Shown: positions 1-9,758 of the stretch, piece by piece
Position numbering within the stretch: position 1 is the first letter of the stretch
Layout of the letters: every line of letters starts with the position of its first letter
Translations under genes and position numbers: made by a program
Notes under the pieces: generated by a model
Databases searched by the model: none
What the model saw: only the letters and a program-made list of their open reading frames with translations
Told to the model about the DNA's origin: nothing
DNA from: Gemmatimonas sp.
GTDB lineage: Bacteria; Gemmatimonadota; Gemmatimonadetes; Gemmatimonadales; Gemmatimonadaceae
Length of the DNA: 64,000 nt
Direction: 5' to 3'
NCBI GenBank assembly: GCA_031414535.1
Contig: JANNVQ010000049.1
Coordinates: 134,292-198,291 of the forward strand

Positions 1-362
1 ACGTGACGCGGATCGCCAGCAAACGGCGTGCCATCGGGCATCACGACGTCGCAGATCACGCGCGCCACGCGCTGCGCGGCGTCGCCCCAAGGGAATACGC
101 GGTAGGTCGCGAAGTCCGGGCGCAGCAGCATGTCCGATTCTTCCACGCGCACGAAGCCTTCGATGGACGAGCCGTCAAACATGATGTCGCCAGCCAAGGC
201 CTTGGCGAACTGCGAGGCCGGTACCTCGACGTTCTTGTTGATGCCGAGGATATCCGTGAACTGCAAACGTAGAAAACGCACCCCCTGTGACTCCGAGAGT
301 GCGAGGAGGTCCTTGGCGGTCGCGCCAGCGAAGTCGGCGGGCACGGTCGTGGGCTTGGGCAT
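1..362 (-). CDS. glnA: Type I glutamine synthetase, N-terminal part (runs off the window edge)
   Basis: Not in the ORF track. My minus-strand translation from ATG 362: MPKPTT...[21 protein letters not shown]...[24 protein letters not shown]...ARVICDV...PFAGDPR, the GSI beta-grasp motifs. Confidence 0.95.
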   Translation of the reverse strand, partial: MPKPTTVPADFAGATAKDLLALSESQGVRFLRLQFTDILGINKNVEVPASQFAKALAGDIMFDGSSIEGFVRVEESDMLLRPDFATYRVFPWGDAAQRVARVICDVVMPDGTPFAGDPRH

Positions 363-429
363 CAGGGGAATATCGGCGTTCCCATAGGGCCCGCGCCATT
401 GCCGCAGAGAGCCTGATTAACTTTTCCTC

Positions 430-1158
430 ATGGCTAAGCATTGCGCGAATTGTGGAGCGGCGCTCGGTGAGCGCGGCAAGTTCTGTCACCGCTGTGGTTC
501 CGCTCGCGACGGCGGGAGCCCACAGCCCGTCGCTACAAACCCAAGCGGCGTCACTTCGGTCCTGCCGTGGGCCATTGCCGCCATCGCAGTGCTCGCACTC
601 GTAGCCTTCATCGCCGGCCAGAAGTTCGGTGGCGGAACCGCTCGGACCGCTGCAGCGCCGCCAAGTGCGGGACCAAGCGCGGGACCAAGCGCGGCGCCAA
701 CCGGCGCGCGCGCCGTGGACATCGCGTCAATGTCTCCGCAGGAGCGAGCCGACCGATTGTTTGATCGCGTCATGAACCTCGTGTCGCAGGGCAAGGGTGA
801 TTCGGTGCAGTTCTTCGCGCCGATGGCCATTCAAAGTTTCGAAGCGCTCGCGCCGCTCGACGCGCACGGACGCTACGATCTCGGTCTGCTCGGCGTCGTG
901 AGCGGTGATGCCACGCTCGCACGCGCGCAGGCCGACACGATTCTCGCGAGCCAGCCGTCACACTTGCTCGGCCTCACCCTCGCGATGCGCGCGGCCGGTC
1001 TGCAGGGCGACACCGCACAGCGCGCGCAGTTTGCCCAACGCCTGAGGACGGCCTTGGTGAGCGAGCGCGCGAAGGGACTCACGGAATACACAGATCACGG
1101 CCCCGACATTGATGCGGCGGTACGAGAGGCGGACGGCAAAACCCCTCTCCCGCGCTAG
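430..1158 (+). CDS. Zinc-ribbon membrane protein with a TPR-like helical C-terminal region
   Basis: CANC...FCHRCG ribbon, one TM segment (WAIAAIAVLALVAFIAG), PSAG linker, helical C-terminus. Confidence 0.75.
   Translation: MAKHCANCGAALGERGKFCHRCGSARDGGSPQPVATNPSGVTSVLPWAIAAIAVLALVAFIAGQKFGGGTARTAAAPPSAGPSAGPSAAPTGARAVDIASMSPQERADRLFDRVMNLVSQGKGDSVQFFAPMAIQSFEALAPLDAHGRYDLGLLGVVSGDATLARAQADTILASQPSHLLGLTLAMRAAGLQGDTAQRAQFAQRLRTALVSERAKGLTEYTDHGPDIDAAVREADGKTPLPR
661..696 (+). repeat. Three in-frame 12-bp tandem repeats (PSAG/PSAG/PSAA linker)
   Basis: CCAAGTGCGGGA CCAAGCGCGGGA CCAAGCGCGGCG. Confidence 0.8.
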
Positions 1159-1340
1159 TTTTTAGCAGTATTTTGAGCCACTAAATCCACAGTATAGCGA
1201 CACCAAAGAGCCACAGATTTAGTTCGTTTAGACTCGTGCTCCCGCCGCATTTTGCTCCATGATGTTTTCGGAGCCGATACTGTGGCGTTCGCGCTCGCTG
1301 ATGCGCACATTCTGTATGTCCACCAACCTATTAAGACGGA

Positions 1341-2456
1341 ATGACTGCTCCGCACCCCTCCTCTTCAGGTCGTTTGACGACAGCCATGCGCGCGGTCGTC
1401 GAAGCGCCGTCGCGGCGCGTCTTGGTTGTGGATGATGAAGAGGTGATTCGCACTGCGCTCGCTCGCTTTCTTCGCGCACGCGGCTTCGATGTCACCACGG
1501 CGGAATCCGGACGCGCCGCGCTCGCGGCGATGCAGCAGGAGAAATTCGTCGCGATGCTCTCCGACATTCGTATGCCGGAGATGACCGGTCTCGAACTTGT
1601 GCCGCACGCGCATGCGGCTGATCCAGACCTCGCCATCATCATGCTCACGGCCGTCAACGACGCGCCGACCGCCACCGAGGCGCTGGGAATGGGCGCGATG
1701 GACTACTTGATGAAGCCCGTCGAGCTCGGTGACCTCGCCACGGCGCTCGAGCGTGCTCTCCACAAGCGGACCTTGGCCATCGACCAGCGCAAGGTGGAGC
1801 GGCTCATTCGCGAGGAAGTCGCCGCGCAGACGCAGGAACTGCAACTCGAACGCGAGCGCCTGCATTCCACGGTTATCGCTACGGTCCAGGCTCTCGTACG
1901 GGCCCAAGAGACCAAGGACCCCTTTCTGCGCGGCCACTCCGACCGCGTCGCCGATCTCGCCGGCTCGATCGCCTCGGCGATGGGACTCGAGGACGACGAC
2001 GTTGATGCGATTCGTATGGCCGCCCACGTCATGGACGTGGGGAAGATTGGTATCCGTGAATCGGTGCTCAATAAGCCCGGCGCGCTCAGCGCCGAGGAGT
2101 TTGAGCACGTCAAAACTCACGTGACGATGAGCTTGGAGATTCTCTCGCCCGTCAAGCCCCTGCACCAGTCCCTCGATCCGGTGCGGCACCACCACGAGCA
2201 TTTCGACGGAACCGGCTACCCGGCCGGCTTGGTCGGCGAGGAAATTTCATTGGGTGGCCGCATCCTTGCCGCCGCGGACACCTACGACGCGCTGACCTCC
2301 AGCCGCCCTTGGCGCGCGCCAATGTCGCCGCCGGATGCGGTCGCTTTTCTTGAGGAGCGCAGCGGAAGCCTGCTCGACCCGCAGGTCTTCGCGGCACTCC
2401 GCGGCATCGTGACTCGCCGCAAGACCCTCTCGTTTCTCGACCCCGATCAAGGCTGA
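1341..2456 (+). CDS. Response regulator with HD-GYP domain (HD motif reads MD)
   Basis: REC: VLVVDDE, SDIRMP, MLTA, MKP. HD-GYP: GHSDRV, VMDVGKIG, HHEHFDGTGYP, ADTYDALTS. Start could be 1387. Confidence 0.92.
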   Translation: MTAPHPSSSGRLTTAMRAVVEAPSRRVLVVDDEEVIRTALARFLRARGFDVTTAESGRAALAAMQQEKFVAMLSDIRMPEMTGLELVPHAHAADPDLAIIMLTAVNDAPTATEALGMGAMDYLMKPVELGDLATALERALHKRTLAIDQRKVERLIREEVAAQTQELQLERERLHSTVIATVQALVRAQETKDPFLRGHSDRVADLAGSIASAMGLEDDDVDAIRMAAHVMDVGKIGIRESVLNKPGALSAEEFEHVKTHVTMSLEILSPVKPLHQSLDPVRHHHEHFDGTGYPAGLVGEEISLGGRILAAADTYDALTSSRPWRAPMSPPDAVAFLEERSGSLLDPQVFAALRGIVTRRKTLSFLDPDQG

Positions 2457-2509
2457 GCATCGGTGGCGCGGGACTGAACGATGGGCGCGCCCCGCGCGTA
2501 CATCTTCTG

Positions 2510-3937
2510 ATGCTTTCGCACACAATTCGCGGCGCCGTCTCTGGGCTGGCCGCCGCCCTCATTTTTTTTCCCGCCGCGCTCGCGGCGCAGGCGAGCGATA
2601 CGCTACGGCTCTCGCTCGCGGATGCCGTCGGCCGCATTCTGCGTACCTCCGATGAGACTCGACTCGCCGACGCCCAGGTAGCGGTCGCGGACGCGCAGAT
2701 CCTCTCGGCCCGCGCCGCTGGATTGCCGCAGGTACGACTCAACGGCAGCTACCAGCAGGTGCTGAAGAACGCGCGCGCCCAGATCGTCGGTGCGCTGTTC
2801 AACCAGAATTACGTCTACACGTCAAACCTCAACGTCCAGCAAGCGCTGTTCCAAGGTGGCCGCATCGTCGCGGCCTCCCAGGCGGCGGCGCGGGTTGAGC
2901 AAGCGGCAACGCTGACGCGCGAGGAAACGCGTGCCCAACTCGCGGTGGACATTCAGCGCGTATACCTGAACACCGTCTTCACGGCGCGCATCGCGGAGAT
3001 TCAGGCCACCAATCTCCGCATCGCCGACCAACGACTCGCCCAAGCAGAACAGCTTGAGCGCGCGGGCCGCGCCTCGCGCTACGACGTCCTTCGGGCGCGC
3101 GTCGAGCGCGCCAACCTCGAGCCCTTGCTACGCCAAGCCGAGAACGAGCGTACGCTGGCTGAACTTGAACTGCGTCGCTTGCTCAACCTTCCGGCGGGCC
3201 AGCCCCTCCACCTTGTCACGGCCTTAGATGGAACCGCTGTCCGCGCGCTCGCCATGGCGGTCCCTACGGGTCGAGCCGGCGTGCGAGCCTCCGTCCAAGC
3301 CGCTGAATTGACGGCAAGTGCGCGCCGCGCCGGTATTCGCGTGGCCCGCGCCGACCTCTTGCCGAGCATCAACGCCGGATTCACCTTCGGCTACCTCGCA
3401 CTGCCAACGAGCCCAGCGTTCCCGACGGTCGCGGGCGCCCGTGCCAACGAGTTCTGCGTGGGAGATACCACGGGCACACGCCTCTGCCAAAACAATGGCT
3501 GGTTCCCAGACCGGAATTTCAATATCACGATGAGCTGGCCGCTCTTCGACGGACTGCGCGCCAAAGGACAGATTGATTTCGCGCAGGCACAGTCCCGCGT
3601 CGCCGATCTGCAGGCGCTGCAGGCCAAGGAAGACGCCAGCATCGACGTAGAACGTGCACAGGCCGAGCTCGCGCGAGCGCTCGCCATCGCCTCGGCCCGT
3701 GAGACCACCGTGCGCGAAGCCGAAGAGGCGTACGAACTCGCCTCGTTGCGCCTTGCACGAGGAATCGGTACGCAACTCGAAGTCTCTGATGCCCAGCTTG
3801 CCCTGCTCACCGCCCGTTCCACCGATGCGCGTGCGGTGTTCGATCTCTACCTCGCGGTGGCTGAACTCGCGCGTGTGCGCGCTGAGCCCATCCCACTCCC
3901 CGACGGGACCACCGTCTCCACTCGACTGACCCGCTGA
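2510..3937 (+). CDS. TolC-family outer membrane efflux protein
   Basis: Signal peptide, LSLADAV, two OEP repeats, SWPLFDG, GIGTQLEVSDAQ; first gene of the efflux operon. Confidence 0.92.
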   Translation: MLSHTIRGAVSGLAAALIFFPAALAAQASDTLRLSLADAVGRILRTSDETRLADAQVAVADAQILSARAAGLPQVRLNGSYQQVLKNARAQIVGALFNQNYVYTSNLNVQQALFQGGRIVAASQAAARVEQAATLTREETRAQLAVDIQRVYLNTVFTARIAEIQATNLRIADQRLAQAEQLERAGRASRYDVLRARVERANLEPLLRQAENERTLAELELRRLLNLPAGQPLHLVTALDGTAVRALAMAVPTGRAGVRASVQAAELTASARRAGIRVARADLLPSINAGFTFGYLALPTSPAFPTVAGARANEFCVGDTTGTRLCQNNGWFPDRNFNITMSWPLFDGLRAKGQIDFAQAQSRVADLQALQAKEDASIDVERAQAELARALAIASARETTVREAEEAYELASLRLARGIGTQLEVSDAQLALLTARSTDARAVFDLYLAVAELARVRAEPIPLPDGTTVSTRLTR

Positions 3938-5109
3938 TGCGTCGCATCTCGCTCGTTCTTCCCTTCGTTGCCTCGGTTGCATTGGCCTGCGGCAAGTCGG
4001 ACGCCGCCCCGTCCGGCGGCCCCGCAGGCGCCCCTGGAGCCGCACCTCGTGGCGGACCTGGCGCCTCCGCGCGCAGCGTCAGTTCCGTCGTGCTCTCGGG
4101 CGCGGATGTGCACACCGTGAACCAGGGCCTCATCGAGATTGGTGTCGCGGTGTCCGGCGGCCTTCGTCCCATTGAAACGCTTGTCATCCGCGCGCGCCTC
4201 GAGGGGGACGTCATCGAAGTCGCCGTTCGCGAGGGTGACCGCGTGGCGCAGGGTGCTTTGCTCGCACGCTTCGAAAGCACCGAGCAAGAGGCCGGACTGC
4301 AGTCCGCTCAGGCAGACAAGGTCGCGGCGGAGACAGAAGCCAAGACCGCAACGTGGAACTTCGAACAGACGCGCGATCTGTTTCAGGCCGGCGCCATTCC
4401 CGAACGTGATTATCGCGCCGCCGAACAGGTGGCCACGAATGCGGCAGCACGGCTGGCGGCGTCCGAAGCGCGCTTGCGCGCGGCCACACTCCTCGCCCGC
4501 GACACGCGGGTCACCGCGCCTGTCTCGGGCATCGTCGAGCGCCGCGTGATTGAGCGCGGCGTGCGCGCGCTGCGGGGGAGCGAGCTCTTCACGCTCGTGC
4601 GCACCGACGTGCTCGAACTCACCGCAGCCGTCCCCGCCCGTCTGGCCGACGGCGTGCGCCCCGGTCAGCCCGTGCGCTTCTCTGCCGATGGTCGCGCGCT
4701 GGAAGGGCGCGTGGCGCGCGTGAGCCCCACCATTGATCCCGCCTCGCAGTCGGTCACCGTGTACGTACAGGTGCCCAACGCCAACGGCGAGTTGAAGGGC
4801 AACACCTTCGCCACTGGGCGAATCATCGAACGCGCGTTGGAGAACCAACTGCTCGTGCCGCAATCGGCCATCCGCCAACCGGCCGCAGGCTCCACGGCCG
4901 GCCCGTTCGTCTGGCGCCTCGCTGGTGGCGTGCTCGAACGCGCGAGCGTCACGTTGGGCGTGGTCGATGAATCACGCGGCATCGTGCAGGTCGTCGAGGG
5001 CCTCGCGGTGGGCGATCAAGTCGTGGTCGGCAACGTTGGCATGCTCGGCGCCGGCATGCAGGTACAGCTCATTGGCGGTGAAAACCGCCCCGCAACCGGA
5101 GCCCGCTAA
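3937..5109 (+). CDS. RND efflux periplasmic adaptor (MFP), lipoprotein
   Basis: Lipobox LALAC, lipoyl-like VREGDRVAQG, VTAPVSG, VSPTID, GLAVGDQVV; TGA/ATG overlap with tolC. Confidence 0.93.
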   Translation: MRRISLVLPFVASVALACGKSDAAPSGGPAGAPGAAPRGGPGASARSVSSVVLSGADVHTVNQGLIEIGVAVSGGLRPIETLVIRARLEGDVIEVAVREGDRVAQGALLARFESTEQEAGLQSAQADKVAAETEAKTATWNFEQTRDLFQAGAIPERDYRAAEQVATNAAARLAASEARLRAATLLARDTRVTAPVSGIVERRVIERGVRALRGSELFTLVRTDVLELTAAVPARLADGVRPGQPVRFSADGRALEGRVARVSPTIDPASQSVTVYVQVPNANGELKGNTFATGRIIERALENQLLVPQSAIRQPAAGSTAGPFVWRLAGGVLERASVTLGVVDESRGIVQVVEGLAVGDQVVVGNVGMLGAGMQVQLIGGENRPATGAR

Positions 5110-8100
5110 TGTTTCTCTCCGACATCTCCATTAAGCGCCCCGTCTTCGCCACAATGATGATGGTTTTGCTCATCGTCATTGGCGCCGTGGGATTCTCGCG
5201 GCTTTCGGTGGACGAGTACCCCGACGTCACGTACCCAATCATCATCGCGCAGACGACCTATCCCGGTGCCTCGCCCGAGGTGGTGGAGCGCGAAGTCTCC
5301 AAGCCGCTCGAGGAAGCGCTCAACACTACGGAAGGCCTAAAGGAGATCTCCTCCACGAGCACTGAAGGCGCTTCGCTGGTGCGCCTGCAGTTCAATCTCG
5401 GGGTGGATGTCTCGAAGATGCAGCCCGAGGTGCAGGGCAAGATTGGTCGCATCCGTCGTCAGCTCCCGCGGGACATCGAAGAGCCGGTGATTATCCGCTT
5501 CGACCCGAACGATCGTCCGATCATGAGCATCGCGCTGCAGTCCGACGCGCGTCCCATGCGCGAAGTGACGGACCTGGGCCGCGAGGTGATCAAGCCGCGC
5601 ATGGAGGCCATCCCGGGCGTCGGCGGCGTCACGCTCGTGGGTGGAGCCACGCGTGAGATTCGCGTTGAGCTCGATCCCAATGCGCTACGGGCCTACGGGC
5701 TCTCACCCGTGAATGTGGTGAGCGCACTCGAACGTGAGAACCAAGAGGTGCCGGCGGGGCGCATCCAACGCGGCGACTCTGAGCGCTTGGTACGTATCAC
5801 GGGCCGCATCCTCGATCCGATGGCCTTCGGCGATGTCACAGTGGCCGTGCGCAACGGCGCACCCATCCGCGTGAAGGATGTCGCCAATGTGCGTGATGGC
5901 GTGGCCGAGGCGCGCAGCGCCTCCTTCATGGGTACCGCACCGGCGCTCTCGCTCGACGTCCTCAAGATTTCCGGTGCCAACACCGTGGAGGTCGCCGATC
6001 AGGTGCGTGTGGTAGTGGAGGAACTGACACGCCAGCTCCCCGGCGACATCAAGCTCACAATCATCCGTGATGACTCCAGCAAGATTCGTGAGGCGCTATG
6101 GGACGTCGAGCTCACGCTCGTACTCGGCGCCATCCTCACCATCATCATCATCTATTTCTTTCTCGCGTCTTGGCGCTCCACGGTCATCACCGGCCTTACG
6201 CTCCCGGTGGCGATCGTCTCGAGCTTCTTTGCGATGTGGGCCTTTGGCTTCACGCTGAACACGATGACGTTGCTGGCGCTTTCGTTGTCCATCGGCTTGC
6301 TGATTGACGACGCCATCGTGGTCCGCGAGAACATCGTGCGTCACGTGGCGATGGGCAAAGATCATTACACCGCCGCGCGCGAGGGCACGAGTGAGATTGG
6401 ACTCGCCGTGTTCGCCACCACGCTGGCGGTAATTGCTGTGTTCATTCCGGTAGCCTTCATGGGCGGTATGATTGGCAAGATTTTCTTTCAGTTCGGTGTG
6501 ACGGTCGCCTTTGCGGTGACCGTGTCGCTCTTCGTGAGCTTCACGCTCGACCCGATGCTCTCCTCCATCTGGCACGACCCCGAAGCCGAACACCACAATG
6601 CCGCGGCGCGCGCCAAGAGTGGTCCGCTGCGTCGGATGGCCTTGGCGTTTGACGGGTGGTTTGAGCGGATGGCGGATAAGTATCCGCCGCTCCTTCTGAA
6701 GGCGCTGAAGTACCGTTGGTTGGTGCTGGCGGGCGGCGGCGTGTCGGTGGTGCTGGCGCTGCTCATCGCCGCCAAGGTCGGCTTTACCTGGATGCCAGAC
6801 TACGACGCGGGTGAATTCAGCGTGTCGTATCGCATTCCGCCCGGAGCACGGGTGGATTACACCGTGTCCAAAGGACAGGCGCTCGACACGATTGTACGAC
6901 GCATCCCCGAGGTGGAGTTCACCTATCTCACCGTCGGCTCGGGCTTCCGTGGTGGCGTCTCCAACGGCCAGCTCTTCGTGAAGCTGAAGCCCGCGCACGA
7001 CCGCACGCGCTCGATGGCGGAGATTCAGAACGCCCTGCGTCCGCAGTTGCGCAATGTGTCCGGTACCCGCGCCAGCATCGATGGTACGCGTTCCATCTTC
7101 GGTGGGTATCGCCAGCCAATCGTCGTGAACGTGCAGGGGCCGGAACCCGCGCGCCTCAAGCTCATCGCCAGCCAGGTGAACGACATCATGCGTGCCGTGC
7201 CGGGAATGGCAGAACCGTTCTCGAGCGACGAGGGTGACATCCCCCAGCTCGACGTGCGTGTGGACCGCCAGCAGGCGTGGGCCGCAGGCTTAGGGATAGG
7301 CTCGATTGCCGGCACCCTGCAACCACTGTTCTCCGGCACACGTGCTACCCGCTGGCAGGACGAGCAGGGCTATTCGCACGACGTGCGCGTCGTGTATCCT
7401 GACTCGTTGCGCACCTCGGCGGAGGACGTGGCCAACATTCCCGTGTCAGTCCCAGGCGCGGACTCGCGCGGTCAGTCCATCGCCATTCCCTTGGCCCAAG
7501 TGGCCGAAGTGCGGGCTGGTGTGGGACCACAACAGATTGAACGCCGCCAGCTCGAGCGGCAGATCTCCATTTCCGCTGGCGTACTTCCAGGCGCGGCCGT
7601 CGGTGACGTGGCGAACGCCACGCTCGTGGCCTTGGATTCGCTGGTCCTGCCGGCCGGCTACCGCACCGCGTTCACCGGCGACGTGCAGAATCTCAACGAG
7701 ACCAAGGGCTTCGTGCTCGAGGCCATCGTGCTCGCCGTGGTCTTCATCTACCTGATTCTCGCCTCGCTCTTCGGCTCGTTCCTGCAGCCGCTGGCCATCA
7801 TGTTTTCCCTGCCGCTCTCACTGCTTGGCGTGTCGCTCGCCCTGTGGTGGACCAAGGGCACCATCAACGTGATGTCCATGATTGGCATCATCATGCTCAT
7901 GGGGCTCGTGACCAAGAACGGCATCCTGCTCATTGACTTCGTCAATCAGGCGCGCGGCGAGGGCAAGGACCGACTCACCGCCATCCTCGAGGCGGGTCGC
8001 ATCCGCCTGCGTCCCATCATCATGACCACCGCCGCGATGATTTTCGGCATGGTGCCTCTCGCCCTTGCCATCGGCGAGGGCGCCGAGCAGCGCTCCCCGA

Positions 8101-8294
8101 TGGCGCACGCGGTGATTGGCGGCTTGATCACGTCCACCATCCTGACGCTGTTCGTGGTGCCTGCGGTGTACACCATTCTCGACGATTTCTCGAGCGGAAT
8201 CGCGCGCCGTCGGGCGGCGCGGGCCACCGCCGTGGAGGTCGAGATCCCCGAGGTTCCGGTGCTGGCGCAGGACAGCTTCGCGAACCCCGCTTGA
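5109..8294 (+). CDS. RND efflux permease, AcrB/AcrD/AcrF family
   Basis: 1061 aa; SIKRPV, YPGASPE, GLLIDDAIVVRENI, KNGILLIDF, RLRPIIMTT. Confidence 0.96.
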   Translation: MFLSDISIKRPVFATMMMVLLIVIGAVGFSRLSVDEYPDVTYPIIIAQTTYPGASPEVVEREVSKPLEEALNTTEGLKEISSTSTEGASLVRLQFNLGVDVSKMQPEVQGKIGRIRRQLPRDIEEPVIIRFDPNDRPIMSIALQSDARPMREVTDLGREVIKPRMEAIPGVGGVTLVGGATREIRVELDPNALRAYGLSPVNVVSALERENQEVPAGRIQRGDSERLVRITGRILDPMAFGDVTVAVRNGAPIRVKDVANVRDGVAEARSASFMGTAPALSLDVLKISGANTVEVADQVRVVVEELTRQLPGDIKLTIIRDDSSKIREALWDVELTLVLGAILTIIIIYFFLASWRSTVITGLTLPVAIVSSFFAMWAFGFTLNTMTLLALSLSIGLLIDDAIVVRENIVRHVAMGKDHYTAAREGTSEIGLAVFATTLAVIAVFIPVAFMGGMIGKIFFQFGVTVAFAVTVSLFVSFTLDPMLSSIWHDPEAEHHNAAARAKSGPLRRMALAFDGWFERMADKYPPLLLKALKYRWLVLAGGGVSVVLALLIAAKVGFTWMPDYDAGEFSVSYRIPPGARVDYTVSKGQALDTIVRRIPEVEFTYLTVGSGFRGGVSNGQLFVKLKPAHDRTRSMAEIQNALRPQLRNVSGTRASIDGTRSIFGGYRQPIVVNVQGPEPARLKLIASQVNDIMRAVPGMAEPFSSDEGDIPQLDVRVDRQQAWAAGLGIGSIAGTLQPLFSGTRATRWQDEQGYSHDVRVVYPDSLRTSAEDVANIPVSVPGADSRGQSIAIPLAQVAEVRAGVGPQQIERRQLERQISISAGVLPGAAVGDVANATLVALDSLVLPAGYRTAFTGDVQNLNETKGFVLEAIVLAVVFIYLILASLFGSFLQPLAIMFSLPLSLLGVSLALWWTKGTINVMSMIGIIMLMGLVTKNGILLIDFVNQARGEGKDRLTAILEAGRIRLRPIIMTTAAMIFGMVPLALAIGEGAEQRSPMAHAVIGGLITSTILTLFVVPAVYTILDDFSSGIARRRAARATAVEVEIPEVPVLAQDSFANPA

Positions 8295-8362
8295 CGGCGG
8301 GGGGGTGCCCAGTGTATTCAGCGGTCATCGCGTAGCGCGCAAATTGATCTTAGGAGGCACTT

Positions 8363-9088
8363 ATGCCTGGTAGGGAGCTGTTCGACCGCCTGTTCTCGGA
8401 CCGAGACGAGGACGAGGATTCCGGGTTCAGTGGAGGCGGTGGTGGTGGCGCCTCATATGACGAAGATGAAGACGAGGACGGAGGGTGGTCCGCCAACAAA
8501 GACAACTCCGACTCGCTGTGGGATTCCACCGAGGAATCCGACGAAGAAGAAGAGGAGGGCGGAATCGCCCCGCTCGCCGCTGAAGAAGAGGAAGAGGACG
8601 CCGACATGTTCGGTGAGTCCATGGCGCCGCGTCGTCGTGGCCGTAAGCCCGCGCCGAAGCCCATCGTCCGCAGCATTTTCGAGGTAACGGGTGAGATGCC
8701 TATCCCGGACATCGCCGCGGCGGCGGCGCCTGCCGTGAAGGCGGCCAAGGAAGCCCCCGCAAAGGCGGCCGCGGTGGTGAAGGAAGTGGTGGCCAAGGCC
8801 AAGGCCGTTGCGACCAAGAACGTGAAGGTCGTCGAAAAGAAGGCGAAAGTTGCGGCAAAAGTCGCGACCAAGGCCGTGAAGAAGGAGGCCGCATCCGCCA
8901 AGAAGTCGGCGAGCAAGGTCCTCAAGACCGCGGTCAAGAAAGTCGCCACCAAGGCCAATGCCGTGAAGAAGTCGGGCAAGACCGCGGCCAAGAAGGTCGT
9001 GAAGAAGGCCACCTCCAAGGCCAAGGCCGTGAAGAAGTCCATTTCGAAAGTCGCGAAGAAGGCGACCAAGGCCGCAAAAAAGAAGTAA
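8363..9088 (+). CDS. Histone H1-like Lys/Ala-rich protein with an acidic N-terminal block
   Basis: AGGAGG RBS; D/E-rich N-terminus; KKA/AKK-rich C-terminal half; biased codon use. Confidence 0.85.
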   Translation: MPGRELFDRLFSDRDEDEDSGFSGGGGGGASYDEDEDEDGGWSANKDNSDSLWDSTEESDEEEEEGGIAPLAAEEEEEDADMFGESMAPRRRGRKPAPKPIVRSIFEVTGEMPIPDIAAAAAPAVKAAKEAPAKAAAVVKEVVAKAKAVATKNVKVVEKKAKVAAKVATKAVKKEAASAKKSASKVLKTAVKKVATKANAVKKSGKTAAKKVVKKATSKAKAVKKSISKVAKKATKAAKKK

Positions 9089-9155
9089 GGTTTTTGTTGT
9101 AGCGGTAGCGGGCGAGCTATCCGCGCCGGACGTTCCGCGTTAGTCTTTGCGGACG

Positions 9156-9704
9156 ATGTCGGACTCGCCCGTTGCCCTGCTCCGCGCCCACGCGCGGCAC
9201 GCCCCGTGGAATGCGCGGGGTTTGGCCTCCCACGCCACCGCCTTGGTGGATGCCGCAGGGATGCGCCCCACCAATTCCTCCGCCCGCGCCACTCCATCGG
9301 CGCGTGCCATTCGCTTTTACGTCGCCAACGGTCTCCTCGATCACCCCGAGGGAAAAGGCACCGCCGCCACGTATCACTACAAGCATCTCCTGCAGTTGCT
9401 CGCCATCAAGATTCGGCAGCGCGAAGGGCAAACGCTGGATGTAATCAAGGTGGAACTTGCCGAGATGCAGGGCGATCAACTCGAGAGGCGCGTCTCGGCA
9501 TCGCTCGCGCCAGCGCTCGGCACTGGCCTGAGCGCCGCTGGTCCCGCAAATGACGAGATGGGTCCTGCTTCATGGCGGCGCGTCGCGGTAGCCGATGGAA
9601 TTGAGCTGCATGTGCGCGACGATTCCTCCGCCGCTCGCGAGTCCACCTTGATTGCCCTGCGCGAAGCCATGCGCGCCGCACTGGGTCGCGAAGACCGCGA
9701 CTAG
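9156..9704 (+). CDS. MerR-family HTH protein
   Basis: PSARAIRFYVANGLLDHPEG...YHYKHLLQLLAIKIRQREGQTLDVIK; C-terminal WRRVAVADGIELHV. Confidence 0.85.
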   Translation: MSDSPVALLRAHARHAPWNARGLASHATALVDAAGMRPTNSSARATPSARAIRFYVANGLLDHPEGKGTAATYHYKHLLQLLAIKIRQREGQTLDVIKVELAEMQGDQLERRVSASLAPALGTGLSAAGPANDEMGPASWRRVAVADGIELHVRDDSSAARESTLIALREAMRAALGREDRD

Positions 9705-9758
9705 TCGCTGCTTCGTCCCTCTTGCCCGCATTCACGAGCGGGACGACATTGATGTCAG

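Noticed and set aside
1159..1340. Possible c-di-GMP riboswitch upstream of the HD-GYP gene
   Set aside because: No GEMM consensus recognised; only an 8-bp inverted repeat ACTAAATC/GATTTAGT (1180-1223) that could be chance.
8350..9297. 315-aa minus-strand Phe/Leu/Ala-rich ORF resembling a membrane protein
   Set aside because: Mirror of the Lys/Ala codons of the H1-like gene, which has the RBS.
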